Source: Paraspadella gotoi (lineage: Eukaryota > Animalia > Chaetognatha). From it: 64,000 nucleotides of DNA. Below, piece by piece: positions 12,873 to 25,231 of the stretch; the stretch's first letter is position 1; each line of letters opens with the position of its first letter. The notes below the pieces were generated by a model. That model saw only the letters and a list, made by a program, of their open reading frames with translations, searched no databases and was not told the DNA's origin. The translations under genes and the position numbers were made by a program. The stretch spans positions 1,554,535 to 1,618,534 of the forward strand of contig CM119263.1 of assembly GCA_051294375.1 (NCBI GenBank), written 5' to 3'.

Positions 12873-13083
12873 CAAGTACTTAATACTTTTTTAGGCAATA
12901 GGATCCTATGTGGTGACTTTGAATCCAATAAACCGAAGGTTTTCCATCATTCATTTCCATCCATAGTCTTATCTTCCTCCTCCTCCTCCTCCTCCTCCTC
13001 CTCCTCCTCCTCCGCTTCCTCGTATTCTGACTTTTTTCTTCGATCATGGACCAAACATTTTGACAACCGAATTGGAGAATGAG

Positions 13084-13116
<33 letters not shown>

Positions 13117-14094
13117 TTCTGGTCCTTGACCTCTTTGTTGTCGTCATCTTACACAATAAATTATTTCATTTTTGAGATTCAATGTAATTCTAATTACATA
13201 CGGGTATCGGAGGTAACAAGTAGGGGAATACTGGATTCTGTAGTTTGAAGATACTTCATGGTTAAACGGGACAGACACAAGGGAAATCTGGATAATTAGA
13301 CCCTGAATATTTAAAACTGGTAATACACAATGACATAATTAATAAATAATTAATTAATAAAAAGAAATTTGGGATATTTTTTGTTTTTGTTTTTGTTTCA
13401 AAATTAATTTTTGTTTGACATGTCAAAATTATAGAAAAATTTTGATCAGATTTAATAAAGGTTTCATATTATATACAAGATTTCTTATAATAGTTTAATC
13501 AAAGGTTTACACAATTTCAATAATGATTAATATATTTGTCAATTAATTTTTCATTCATAGATTTTTGACTCCGATTTTTTTAAAGAAAAACTAATAATGG
13601 ACGCTTGTCTAGAAAATTCTATTATTACGTGCCCTTTTCCGAAGTAACACCTATTTCATGAAGTTTTCTTCTTTTTTGTAGTCGGGCATTGCCTAGGTTC
13701 ACCCCGCCAAATCTAATTTTAAAATCTCATTTCTTGTAATAAATTTTTTTTTAAGCGAGATTTTCGCCTAAATAAAAAAATCTGTTTATCAATCATCGTA
13801 TCATTGATTCTACTTTTTGTTGTTTTCGATAAAAAAAAAATTTGCATGGAATAACAAAAATGAATTTTTTCTGTGATTTCTCATCAAGCTTCAAAGGTTA
13901 TGATTTCATAAAAACTCCCACCACATCATTATGTTCCCTTAAATGAAACTATTGTTTTGTATCAATTGTGATCGGACATCAATTATCTTTCGACAATTAA
14001 ATGAATCGAGAAACAACATCGTCGTCGTTGTTGTGGTTGTTGTTGATATTGTCAATTATTTTAACTATTTTTTTTAATTTATTTTTTTTAACAG

Positions 14095-14397
14095 ACGAAT
14101 CTTCTGTTCTCAAGATTATTAGAAGAAAATCTACGTTTCGATCAAAAAAATTGTAAAAAAAAAAAACGATTGTAAATAAATAAAAATACAGTGAGTTGGT
14201 CAGTCGGTCGTCGGCAAATCAATCGTAATCAAAAATTTTAAAAAATACGAGATAATTCCACGAAAAGAAAAATAATTAGTGTTTGCGATCTTAATCATAT
14301 AAAAGAAATAAATTATAATACAACTTGGATTACTCGTTTCAATCGCTCTCTTCGACGGATCTCCGCTCGTTTCGGATTATACTCTCTCTCTCTCTCG

Positions 14398-14472
<75 letters not shown>

Positions 14473-14474
14473 AC
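14095..14474 (+). other. Putative 5'UTR exon segment of the unidentified + strand gene
   Basis: Strong acceptor tttttttaacAG ending at 14094. I see no ATG in the following ~380 nt. A possible internal donor GTGAGT lies at 14191. Confidence 0.4.
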
Positions 14475-14846
14475 ATGGAACCCCCTCCTTCGATCCCCTC
14501 GAAACGCACCCTCCTCTGCCCGCCCGTGCCGTGAGGGGCAAAGGAGCGGGCGGCGGATCAGGTAAGGGTCGGTCAAAGGGCGCCCGCGCCCCTAAGACCG
14601 TCACCATCAAAGGATTCGCTCCGCCGGCCAACAACAACAACAATATCCACAACAACAACAACAGCGACGGCGCCGCAGCAGCAGCAGTCGTTAATCCGCC
14701 GCCGCCTCCGCCGCCGCCGCCGCTCGGCGCCCCGATGGGCGGAGTCTACCCTCCGCCAACAGGGATCTTCATCGCGCCCGCCCACTCGCTGCCGGCGATG
14801 ATGACCGGACGATTCGCCGGACCGTTTCCGGCGGAGACCGGAGAAG
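14475..14846 (+). CDS. Probable first coding exon of an unidentified large gene (low-complexity Gly/Asn/Ala/Pro-rich N-terminus)
   Basis: GC-rich island with an open frame ...RGKGAGGGSGKGRSKGARAPKTVTIKGFAPPANNNNN...AAAAA...PPPPPPPPP...MGGVYPPPTGIFIAPAHSLPAMMTGRFAGPFPAETGE, ending in AAG|GTAAGG (phase 1). The Kozak ATG at 14475 is out of frame by 1 nt. An in-frame GTG is at 14531 and an in-frame ATG at 14735. Confidence 0.6.
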
Positions 14847-15509
14847 GTAAGGCAATGAGACGGTGGTGAGGGTGAGGGGGGGAGAAAAGGAGGTAAGCGT
14901 GAGATTGAAGGTGATTGTATTAACGAGGTGAGTCATCTGATTATTTCTACAACACGAAAAGAAGTGAATGGAACATAAAGGAAGAATTTAAAACAAAATA
15001 AATCAAAGAAACAAAACAAAACAAAACAAAACCCAAATATAATCGCATTCAAAAAATAAACAAAAAAGAAATTCAAAACGTCAGATTTACATTTACAAAA
15101 ATTAGGCTATCATGAAATAGTTGTTCTATTTTTAGGAAAACATTGGATTGTATTTAAAGGTTTTATCATTCCGTGTAAAGGAGCATAAGAATGACTAGAA
15201 ATATTTATCAATTAAGCAAATTTACTTTTTACAGAAATAAAGATGCAGACTATATGTAATTTTAGATATAAATTACTTGATAAAGAAACGTTTTACATTT
15301 TTATTTGATAGTCCTATTTAATAATTTAAGAATTTACTTAAAAATGAGACTTTAAACCTTTAATAATAATGATACAACCTGGACTTTCCCTCATCCGATT
15401 GAACGATGAATTCATCGGTTGACAAAAAATTAAGGCTGACGACATCTGGAGGTTAATTACTCTCCTACAATATTCAATAAGTTCTTTCTTTTTTTACTTC
15501 TTTCTTCGT

Positions 15510-16830
15510 TTAATTTCTCCACTCCTTATCTTCCTTCTTCTTCTTTTAATTTCTCCTCTCCTTCTCTTTCCTTCTTCTTCTTAATTCTCCTCTCCTGCTC
15601 TTCCTTCTTTTTTCTTCTTTTAATTTCTCCTCTCCCTTCTACTTCCTTCATCTCTCTTTTAATTTTCCTCTCCTTCTCTTCCTTCTTCTTCTTTTTAATC
15701 CTCTCCTTCCCCTCCCTACTCCTCTCCTTCTCTTCCTCTTTAATCCTTCTTTTAATTTTTCTCCTCTCCTTCCCTTCCTTCTTCTTCTTTTAATTTTCTC
15801 CTCTCCTGTCCCTTACCTTCTTCTTCTTTTAATTTCTCCTCTCCTTCTCTTCCTTCTTCTCTTTTATTTCTCCTCTCCTTCCTTCCTTCTGTCTTCTTTT
15901 AATTCTCCTTCCCTTCTCTTCCTTCATCTTCTTTAATTTCTCCTCTCCTTCTCCTTCTCTCTCTTTTAATTTCTCCTCTCCTTTCTTCTTCTTCTTCTTT
16001 TAATTTCTCCTCTCCTTCTTCCTTCATCTTCTTTTAATTTCTCCTCTCCTTCCCTTCCTTCTTCTTCTTTTAATTTCTCCTCTCTTCCTTCCTTCTTCTC
16101 TTATTTTCCTCTCTTCTCTTCCTTCTTTTTTTAATTCTCCTCTCCTTCTCTTCCTTCTTCTTCTTTTAATTTCTCCTCTCCTTCTCTTCCTTCTTCTTCT
16201 TTAATTTCTCCTCTCCTTTTCTTCCTTCATCTTCTTTAATTTTTCCTCTCCTCTTCCTTCTTCTTCTTTAATTTCTCCTCTCTTCCTCCTTCTTCTTTTT
16301 TAATCTCCTCTCCTTCCTTCCTTCTTCTTCTTTTTTAATTTCTCCCTCCTTCCCTTCCTTCTTCTTCTTTTTAATTTCTCCTCTCCTCTCTTCCTTCATC
16401 TTCTTTTAATTTCTCCTTCCCTTCTCTTCCTTCTTCTCTTTTAATTTCTCCTCTCCTTCTCTTCCTTCTTCTTCTTTTAATTTCTCCTCTCCTTCTCTTC
16501 CTTCATCTCTTTTAATTTTTCCTCTCCTTCCCTTCCTTCTTCTTCTTTTAATTTCTCCTCTCCTTTCCTTCCTTCTTCTTCTTTTAATTTCTCCTCTCCT
16601 TCTCTTCCTTCTTCTTCTTTTAATTTCTCCTCTCCTTCTCTTCCTTCTTCTTCTTTTAATTTCTCCTCTCCTTCTCTTCCTTCATCTTTCTTTTAATTTC
16701 CTTCTCTCCTTCTCTTCTTCTTCTTCTTTTAATTTCTCCTCTCCTTCTCTTCCTTCTTCTTCTTTTAATTTCTCCTCTCCTTCTCTTCCTTCTTCTTCTT
16801 TCAATTCTCCTCTCCTTCCCTTCCTTCTTC
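15510..16830. repeat. 36-bp polypyrimidine minisatellite (~36 copies)
   Basis: Unit TTTTAATTTCTCCTCTCCTTCTCTTCCTTCTTCTTC repeated, with many 1-nt indels. Confidence 0.95.
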
Positions 16831-17120
16831 TCTCTTCTCTTTTTCTCCGATCATCGCCTCCACGCCTCTTCTTCCTCCTCCTCCTCCTCCTCCTCTCTCC
16901 CTCCTCCACCCCCCCTCAACAACATTGCCTCCTCATCTTCCTCTCACCTCAACCATCACCGATCCCAGATCATAAACTTCATTTTCTCTTACTCCTCCTC
17001 CTCCCCCTCCTCCTCCTCCTCCTCCTCCCTGATTTATGCTCCTCTTTGTGTCAAAGTCTCCTCCTTCGTTGTGAGTGAATCGATCCTCTTCCTCCGAACC
17101 CAAAGTGGAAGAGGATTTCT

Positions 17121-17211
<91 letters not shown>

Positions 17212-17412
17212 CACGGATCCGCGGGTTTCCTTTCCTTAAAAATCAAGGATAATTTTTTTTTTCGCTCTCGATCTTCGATCGTCAACGACGACGACGACGA
17301 AAGGCCATCTGACGGTTAATTTCGTTAAAATAGATGGCGTACTTTGGATCGGAGTATAGGGAGGTGCATTAGGGGTGAAGAATGGGATTTGCAAAGAAAA
17401 GAGAAAATTGAT

Positions 17413-17643
17413 ATGAAATTGGTACAACCAATAGAAAAACTATCCATTCATTTAATAAATAAGCTATCTTGTCCCTGACTTTGGACAGGCTTCGGTGGTT
17501 TAAGGCCTCCATCACTCTTACAAGATAATGACATATCAGGTCCCTGCAAGCTTTCAATCAAGACTCTCTCACAGTCTCGTTTATTCACTCCCAGAGTACC
17601 TGGCTTCCCTCTCAATAAAGTAGTATAATGTTTCAAAGAATGT
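17413..17643 (-). mobile_element. Family B repeat, 5'-truncated copy
   Basis: Reverse complement matches ctttgaaa...gggaagccaggtactctgggagtgaataaacg...caagatagcttatttattaaatgaatgg...ttggttgtaccaatttcat. Confidence 0.85.
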
Positions 17644-18444
17644 GTTATTATTGTTTAAGTTAATTTTTTTCGCTCCATACTATTTTGTGAAGTTTTTTTT
17701 GTTATTGTAAACTTTTTAGGTTTTTACCTTGGAACGAGTTAGTTTCATTTTTTGCAAATAACTTTCGTTAATCAAAAAAAGAAATAATACAAAATCCAAA
17801 AAATTAAAAATATGAAATGACCTAAAAAATTTTTAAATCAACAAATGATTCGGCGTCAAAACAAAACGATTTTTTTTTGTTTTCATTTCGATGAACAAAA
17901 AGAAAAAAAGGAAGCGAGATTTGAAATGACGTTTGACAAAGGACAAAGTCTGGGACAAAGGGACAAAAAAAGTGGATGCGAATTTGAGTGAATTGGAGCG
18001 AAATTTGAGGGAAAAGATGAAGAAGTGAAAGAGATGTGAAAGAGAAGAGAAAGAGAAAGAGAAGAGAAAGAGAAAGAGAAGAGAAAGAGAAGAGAAAGAG
18101 AAGAGAAAGAGAAGAGAAAAAGAAGGGAAAAAGAAGAGAAATAGAAGATAAAGAGAAGAGAAAGAGAAGGGATTTCCGGTCAGAATTTAGAAAGAGAGAG
18201 AGAATTCTCTTTTCGCTTTTGTGAACTTTTATAAAATTGGTACGTTCGTCAAATATAAAAGATTATTTATCAATTCAACAAAGTATTAATGTAATATTTT
18301 ATTAACTGTTTGAATTGGATAAAAGGAGAGAAATAAAACTTTTTGAGATTAAATGGTTAAAAAAATGTGGGGTTTTTTCCAAAGAAAACAATTAGTTTAG
18401 TAAATTTATCTAAAGTGTTCTCTAAACCAATAAATCTAGTGACG

Positions 18445-18480
<36 letters not shown>

Positions 18481-19215
18481 NNNNNNNNNNNNNNNNNNNN
18501 NNNNNNNNNNNNNNNNNNNNNNNNNNNNNNNNNNNNNNNNNNNNNNNNNNNNNNNNNNNNNNNNNNNNNNNNNNNNNNNNNNNNNNNNNNNNNNNNNNNN
18601 NNNNNNNNNNNNNNNNNNNNNNNNNNNNNNNNNNNNNNNNNNNNNNNNNNNNNNNNNNNNNNNNNNNNNNNNNNNNNNNNNNNNNNNNNNNNNNNNNNNN
18701 NNNNNNNNNNNNNNNNNNNNNNNNNNNNNNNNNNNNNNNNNNNNNNNNNNNNNNNNNNNNNNNNNNNNNNNNNNNNNNNNNNNNNNNNNNNNNNNNNNNN
18801 NNNNNNNNNNNNNNNNNNNNNNNNNNNNNNNNNNNNNNNNNNNNNNNNNNNNNNNNNNNNNNNNNNNNNNNNNNNNNNNNNNNNNNNNNNNNNNNNNNNN
18901 NNNNNNNNNNNNNNNNNNNNNNNNNNNNNNNNNNNNNNNNNNNNNNNNNNNNNNNNNNNNNNNNNNNNNNNNNNNNNNNNNNNNNNNNNNNNNNNNNNNN
19001 NNNNNNNNNNNNNNNNNNNNNNNNNNNNNNNNNNNNNNNNNNNNNNNNNNNNNNNNNNNNNNNNNNNNNNNNNNNNNNNNNNNNNNNNNNNNNNNNNNNN
19101 NNNNNNNNNNNNNNNNGAGAGAGAGAGAGAGATAAAGAAGAAGCCGGAAATGTGAAATTATCTCACGGAGATAAACTCGTCAAATAATTTGCTTTCAGTG
19201 AATCAGTGAAGCATT

Positions 19216-19408
19216 ACTTGAAGTAGAGCAGTGATTGAGTGAAGCAGAGAAGCAGTAATGGAATAAAGCAGTAAAGCAGTAAAGCAGCACTTGAAGTAGA
19301 GCAGTAAAGCAGTGATTGAGTGAAGCAGAGAAGCAGTAATGGAATAAAGCAGTAAAGCAGTAAAGCAGCACTTGAAGTAGAGAAGTAAAGCAGTGATTGA
19401 GTGAAGCA
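19216..19408. repeat. 81-bp tandem repeat (~2.4 copies) built from AAGCAGTA-type subunits
   Basis: gcagtgattgagtgaagca recurs at 19228, 19309 and 19390. Confidence 0.9.
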
Positions 19409-19830
19409 TAAGCGCGTTGTCTGATAAACGCATTTAATGATTGACTCATTAACTGATAAGTGTCCTGACTGATTGGCACGAGGAATAATTGTTGAATTGA
19501 CTGATTGTGTTGATGTTTTGTTCAGAAATGAAGGACTAAAAGACATAAGTGACTGTGTAAACTAGAATGTTTATTTTACATATTTTAGAATATTTCGAGA
19601 TTACGTAGACGATGTGGTAAATATATTTGTATACATAGTAAATATATACTGTAAATACATATAAAATATCCCTAAACGAGTGGAGAGATCGTGTGGATTT
19701 TGTCTTTTCTCTCAAGCTCACTTCATTTGGACGAAAGATTCAACTCGTCCTCAGAATTACGAGTTCTCCTCGAGAAAAATCGACGCTTAGAATTCGTGGC
19801 ACGTTCTTATAGAACATTACTTATTTTTAG

Positions 19831-19868
<38 letters not shown>

Positions 19869-21356
19869 NNNNNNNNNNNNNNNNNNNNNNNNNNNNNNNN
19901 NNNNNNNNNNNNNNNNNNNNNNNNNNNNNNNNNNNNNNNNNNNNNNNNNNNNNNNNNNNNNNNNNNNNNNNNNNNNNNNNNNNNNNNNNNNNNNNNNNNN
20001 NNNNNNNNNNNNNNNNNNNNNNCTCTCTCTCTCCTTTTCTCTCATTCTCTCTCTCTGTGTCTTAGTGGTGATTGCCAAAGCTTCGACGCTTCCTCTAATT
20101 AGGTGTGAACAGAAAAAAGAAGATTGTCACAATCAAAAAAAAAACANNNNNNNNNNNNNNNNNNNNNNNNNNNNNNNNNNNNNNNNNNNNNNNNNNNNNN
20201 NNNNNNNNNNNNNNNNNNNNNNNNNNNNNNNNNNNNNNNNNNNNNNNNNNNNNNNNNNNNNNNNNNNNNNNNNNNNNNNNNNNNNNNNNNNNNNNNNNNN
20301 NNNNNNNNNNNNNNNNNNNNNNNNNNNNNNNNNNNNNNNNNNNNNNNNNNNNNNNNNNNNNNNNNNNNNNNNNNNNNNNNNNNNNNNNNNNNNNNNNNNN
20401 NNNNNNNNNNNTGGAAGGTTTAACCCGAAATATCCACATTTATTGAATAAATAAAATAAAAAAATAAATAGTACATACAGAAATAAAGAAATAACGTTTG
20501 CGAAAAGGTTTCGTGAAAAAGAAGGAAACGAAAGGAGATTATTGTTTCTCNNNNNNNNNNNNNNNNNNNNNNNNNNNNNNNNNNNNNNNNNNNNNNNNNN
20601 NNNNNNNNNNNNNNNNNNNNNNNNNNNNNNNNNNNNNNNNNNNNNNNNNNNNNNNNNNNNNNNNNNNNNNNNNNNNNNNNNNNNNNNNNNNNNNNNNNNN
20701 NNNNNNNNNNNNNNNNNNNNNNNNNNNNNNNNNNNNNNNNNNNNNNNNNNNNNNNNNNNNNNNNNNNNNNNNNNNNNNNNNNNNNNNNNNNNNNNNNNNN
20801 NNNNNNNNNNNNNNNNNNNNNNNNNNNNNNNNNNNNNNNNNNNNNNNNNNNNNNNNNNNNNNNNNNNNNNNNNNNNNNNNNNNNNNNNNNNNNNNNNNNN
20901 NNNNNNNNNNNNNNNNNNNNNNNNNNNNNNNNNNNNNNNNNNNNNNNNNNNNNNNNNNNNNNNNNNNNNNNNNNNNNNNNNNNNNNNNNNNNNNNNNNNN
21001 NNNNNNNNNNNNNNNNNNNNNNNNNNNNNNNNNNNNNNNNNNNNNNNNNNNNNNNNNNNNNNNNNNNNNNNNNNNNNNNNNNNNNNNNGAGCGTTTAAAC
21101 TAATTTGAAATCTATGTAAAAGTATAAAAAATCCATGAGATAAAATTGGAAAATTACTACAATTACTACGTAACTGCAACTACAAATGCAACTAATGAAA
21201 CTAACTACAATTGCAAAAGCTACTAACCGCAATTGCAAATGCAACTGCAATTACAAATTTCAATGCTATTGCAGGTTTCTCGGTCTTTTAATCACGAACC
21301 CGAAATTTACGGTTTTACTCATCTCGACTTCATAATCAAAATTCGCTAATTGATTT

Positions 21357-21457
21357 ATTATTCGAGTCAAGAAATAAGAGACTTAATTATTATTTATTAT
21401 TTATTATTATTATTTATTATTTATTATTCGAGTCAAGAAATAAGAGACTTAATTATT
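21357..21457. repeat. Short direct duplication around a TTA/TTAT microsatellite
   Basis: ttattcgagtcaagaaataagagacttaattatt occurs twice. Confidence 0.85.
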
Positions 21458-21718
21458 TTGTTTTTGCTCAGTTTTTATTAAGTTGTTTAAAATTGTTTTG
21501 TTGTTTAAAAAGAATTTCGTCGTTAATTAAATTTTGGTTTTCCGTCCGGGAGCTAATGAATAAAAAAAAACTTACTCTGCGGGTTGATTAATGGCTCCAT
21601 TTTTTAATGATTTATATATGTATTTTTTTTACTTTACATTCTTTTATTAAATGAGAAATGTTAATGGGTTTATTTAAATGCTAAATTAAATCCAAATAGT
21701 ATATATATAATATAAATA

Positions 21719-22010
21719 GAGTACAATATAGTATTCCCCGATCTAATACTTAAGGGAGTGGTCTTTTCATACAATTGAAACATTCTTTGAAATATTATAC
21801 CACTTCATTGATAGGGAAGCCAGGTTCACTGGGAGTGAATAAATGAGACTGTGAAAGAGTCTTGATTGAAAGCTTGCAGAAACCTGCTATGTTATTATCT
21901 TGTAAGTGTGATGGAGGCCTTAAACCACCAAAGCCTGTCCAAAGTCAGGGACAAGATAGCTTATTTATTAAATGAATGGATAATTTTTATATTGGTTGTA
22001 CCAATTTCAT
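21719..22010 (+). mobile_element. Family B repeat, full-length uninterrupted copy
   Basis: Starts gagtacaatatagtattccccgatctaatac like the 7513 copy and ends attggttgtaccaatttcat. Confidence 0.85.
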
Positions 22011-23195
22011 AATAATAAAATGAACGAATGACTTGAGGAATGATTGAATAAATATCTTTCTGAAATATATATAAATATATATATATATATACATATAAAT
22101 GTTTGCTCTATTCTGACTTTTAATTGTTTATTTCTTTTTTTCTTTTTCTCCTTCATCCTTTTCAACAACTTTCTTCGAAAAAAGGTAAGAGGAAAAAAAA
22201 GATTTTTTATTCTCGAAACCAAAAAGAAATCGATTGTTGTTATTGTTATTGTTGTTTTTGTTGTTTTAAACCAAAAAAATCTTTTTCCAGAAATAAGGAA
22301 AACAATTTTAACCAAAACTTTCACAACAAATAATAAGATGTTTTCTTTTTCTTTTTTGCCGCAAAAAAAATAAAATTAAAAAATTCGGTTTCGACTTTTA
22401 AAGTTTAATTTTTTTTTCTCTTTTTTCTGTGTTACTCTATTTCTTTTATTTTTTCATTTGTGTTTTCAACAAAGTAACGCAGTTTTCTTCTATTATCTTC
22501 TTTGTTGTTGTCGTCGTCGTCGTCGTCGTCGTCATACTTTTGACTATCAAATAAATACACTTTTTGTCGATTTCCAATTTTATTCCAAATTTTTTTTTTA
22601 TAATAAAATTTTAGTTTTTTCCACTGAAAAACAAAAATCCTTTCCAATCTGGAAACTGAGTCATTTCAATTTAGTCTCAATTGTTTTTTCTTTAAACAAA
22701 ACAATAAAATCGTTTTCTCTCACCGCAAGACGTCTCTCTTTCTNNNNNNNNNNNNNNNNNNNNNNNNNNNNNNNNNNNNNNNNNNNNNNNNNNNNNNNNN
22801 NNNNNNNNNNNNNNNNNNNNNNNNNNNNNNNNNNNNNNNNNNNNNNNNNNNNNNNNNNNNNNNNNNNNNNNNNNNNNNNNNNNNNNNNNNNNNNNNNNNN
22901 NNNNNNNNNNNNNNNNNNNNNNNNNNNNNNNNNNGATTTTTTTTTTGGTTGAGTTTCGCTTTCGATCAAACAAAACTGAAAGAGGCAACGACGACGACGA
23001 CGACGACAATGAAAACGACGACAAAGGAAAAGACGACGACGACGACAAAGGCAACGACGACGACGACAATGAAAAGGAGGAGGAAGAAGAAGATGATATA
23101 GAAGACGACGACGACGACGACGACGTAAACAGCGAACAAAGGATCGGAAATCAAAAAGCGACGAAGACGAAAAAATCGGAAAATGATAAAAGGGC

Positions 23196-23234
<39 letters not shown>

Positions 23235-25193
23235 NNNNNNNNNNNNNNNNNNNNNNNNNNNNNNNNNNNNNNNNNNNNNNNNNNNNNNNNNNNNNNNNNN
23301 NNNNNNNNNNNNNNNNNNNNNNNNNNNNNNNNNNNNNNNNNNNNNNNNNNNNNNNNNNNNNNNNNNNNNNNNNNNNNNNNNNNNNNNNNNNNNNNNNNNN
23401 NNNNNNNNNNNNNNNNNNNNNNNNNNNNNNNNNNNNNNNNNNNNNNNNNNNNNNNNNNNNNNNNNNNNNNNNNNNNNNNNNNNNNNNNNNNNNNNNNNNN
23501 NNNNNNNNNNNNNNNNNNNNNNNNNNNNNNNNNNNNNNNNNNNNNNNNNNNNNNNNNNNNNNNNNNNNNNNNNNNNNNNNNNNNNNNNNNNNNNNNNNNN
23601 NNNNNNNNNNNNNNNNNNNNNNNNNNNNNNNNNNNNNNNNNNNNNNNNNNNNNNNNNNNNNNNNNNNNNNNNNNNNNNNNNNNNNNNNNNNNNNNNNNNN
23701 NNNNNNNNNNNNNNNNNNNNNNNNNNNNNNNNNNNNNNNNNNNNNNNNNNNNNNNNNNNNNNNNNNNNNNNNNNNNNNNNNNNNNNNNNNNNNNNNNNNN
23801 NNNNNNNNNNNNNNNNNNNNNNNNNNNNNNNNNNNNNNNNNNNNNNNNNNNNNNNNGCATTTACATATTTAAAATTCGTGCGGAAGTTCGACGGAGGAAA
23901 AAAGTAGAAAGGATTTGCATAATATCAAATCGCAATTTGGGAATTTCGAAGAAAAAAATATTCAAGAAATTAAAAAAAAATCCAAAACAAGTTTAAAAGA
24001 ATGCAGAGAGAAATTAAAAAGTTTTTATAATTATAAATCTGATATTTGTAAAGTTGGTGAAAGTTAAATTTTATAACGAGGCCCATTTTTTTTGGGTTTA
24101 CATCATTTGACTCATTAGTTAAAAAAAAGTAAACACAACAATCCATAATGTGAAAAGAAATATTTAGCCTTGACTCCTTGCGTATCCAAGTCAATAGTCA
24201 ACCCTTAACGCGAAAACCGAATTTCTTTTTTTGGGCCTTAAAAGGTTTTTAAGGCACAAGAAAGAATCCGTAACGAGAGTGGCAACGCCAACGAAGTCGA
24301 CCTCGATAATGACGACGACGATAATGACGACGATAACGACGACGATAACGACGACGATAACGACGACGAGGCCGACGTTTTTGACAAAAATGACGACATG
24401 GTGGCGACGATGATGACAATGACAAACATGATGACGACCTAGTAAACGACTATGTAGTACAACAACAGAGACGATGACGACGACGATGAAGACGACGACG
24501 ATGACGAAAATAAAAACGATAACGATGACGACGGTTATGAAAATGGAGACAAGACGAAGACTAAGACAATGATTTGGACGGCGATGACGATGACTACGAC
24601 GATGACAACGACGCCGACAGCGACGACGATGACGCCGACAGCGACCATGATAACGACCTCTGCCCCCAGGCGAAAACCTTGAGAGCGAAAAATCTCGATC
24701 GTCGACTGAANNNNNNNNNNNNNNNNNNNNNNNNNNNNNNNNNNNNNNNNNNNNNNNNNNNNNNNNNNNNNNNNNNNNNNNNNNNNNNNNNNNNNNNNNN
24801 NNNNNNNNNNNNNNNNNNNNNNNNNNNNNNNNNNNNNNNNNNNNNNNNNNNNNNTAGAGAGAAGGGAAAACCATTGCCAAAGGAAAATCAATTAGTTAAT
24901 AATAATATAATTATATTTTTATTCCTTTGTATTTTTTTTTTCGTCACAATGCAACCGAGGGTCGGAAAGACAACCTTCCTGACTACAAGCGTAAATCAGA
25001 TAAAATGTCTCGCTCTCATCACACGATCCCGTTGTGTAACGCATGAGGCGGAAAAGGAAACTGCCTGATAAAGAAACGAGACTGAAAAAAACACCAGTGA
25101 ACAACGCAACTGGAAAAGACAACTGCAATTTGCTTCGCTGACGATGCTAACAGTAATAAATTTGCGGCAGAACGAAGACGTCACTCAACGACT

Positions 25194-25231
<38 letters not shown>

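Noticed and set aside
15510-16830. CRISPR-like array or EEKLKEEEGREG coiled-coil protein
   Set aside because: The 36-bp units are contiguous with no spacers, the context is eukaryotic, and frequent indels break the frame.
17369-17636. Small proteins encoded by family B (MKACRDL..., MKHYTT...)
   Set aside because: The ORFs lie in a dispersed repeat, start at TTG in the track, and other copies carry indels that shift the frames.
22945-24700. Asp-rich or Thr-rich (mucin-like) coding exons; also 47057-47570
   Set aside because: Degenerate GAC/ACG trinucleotide tracts with stops in alternating frames and no splice context. The same motif is common throughout the window.
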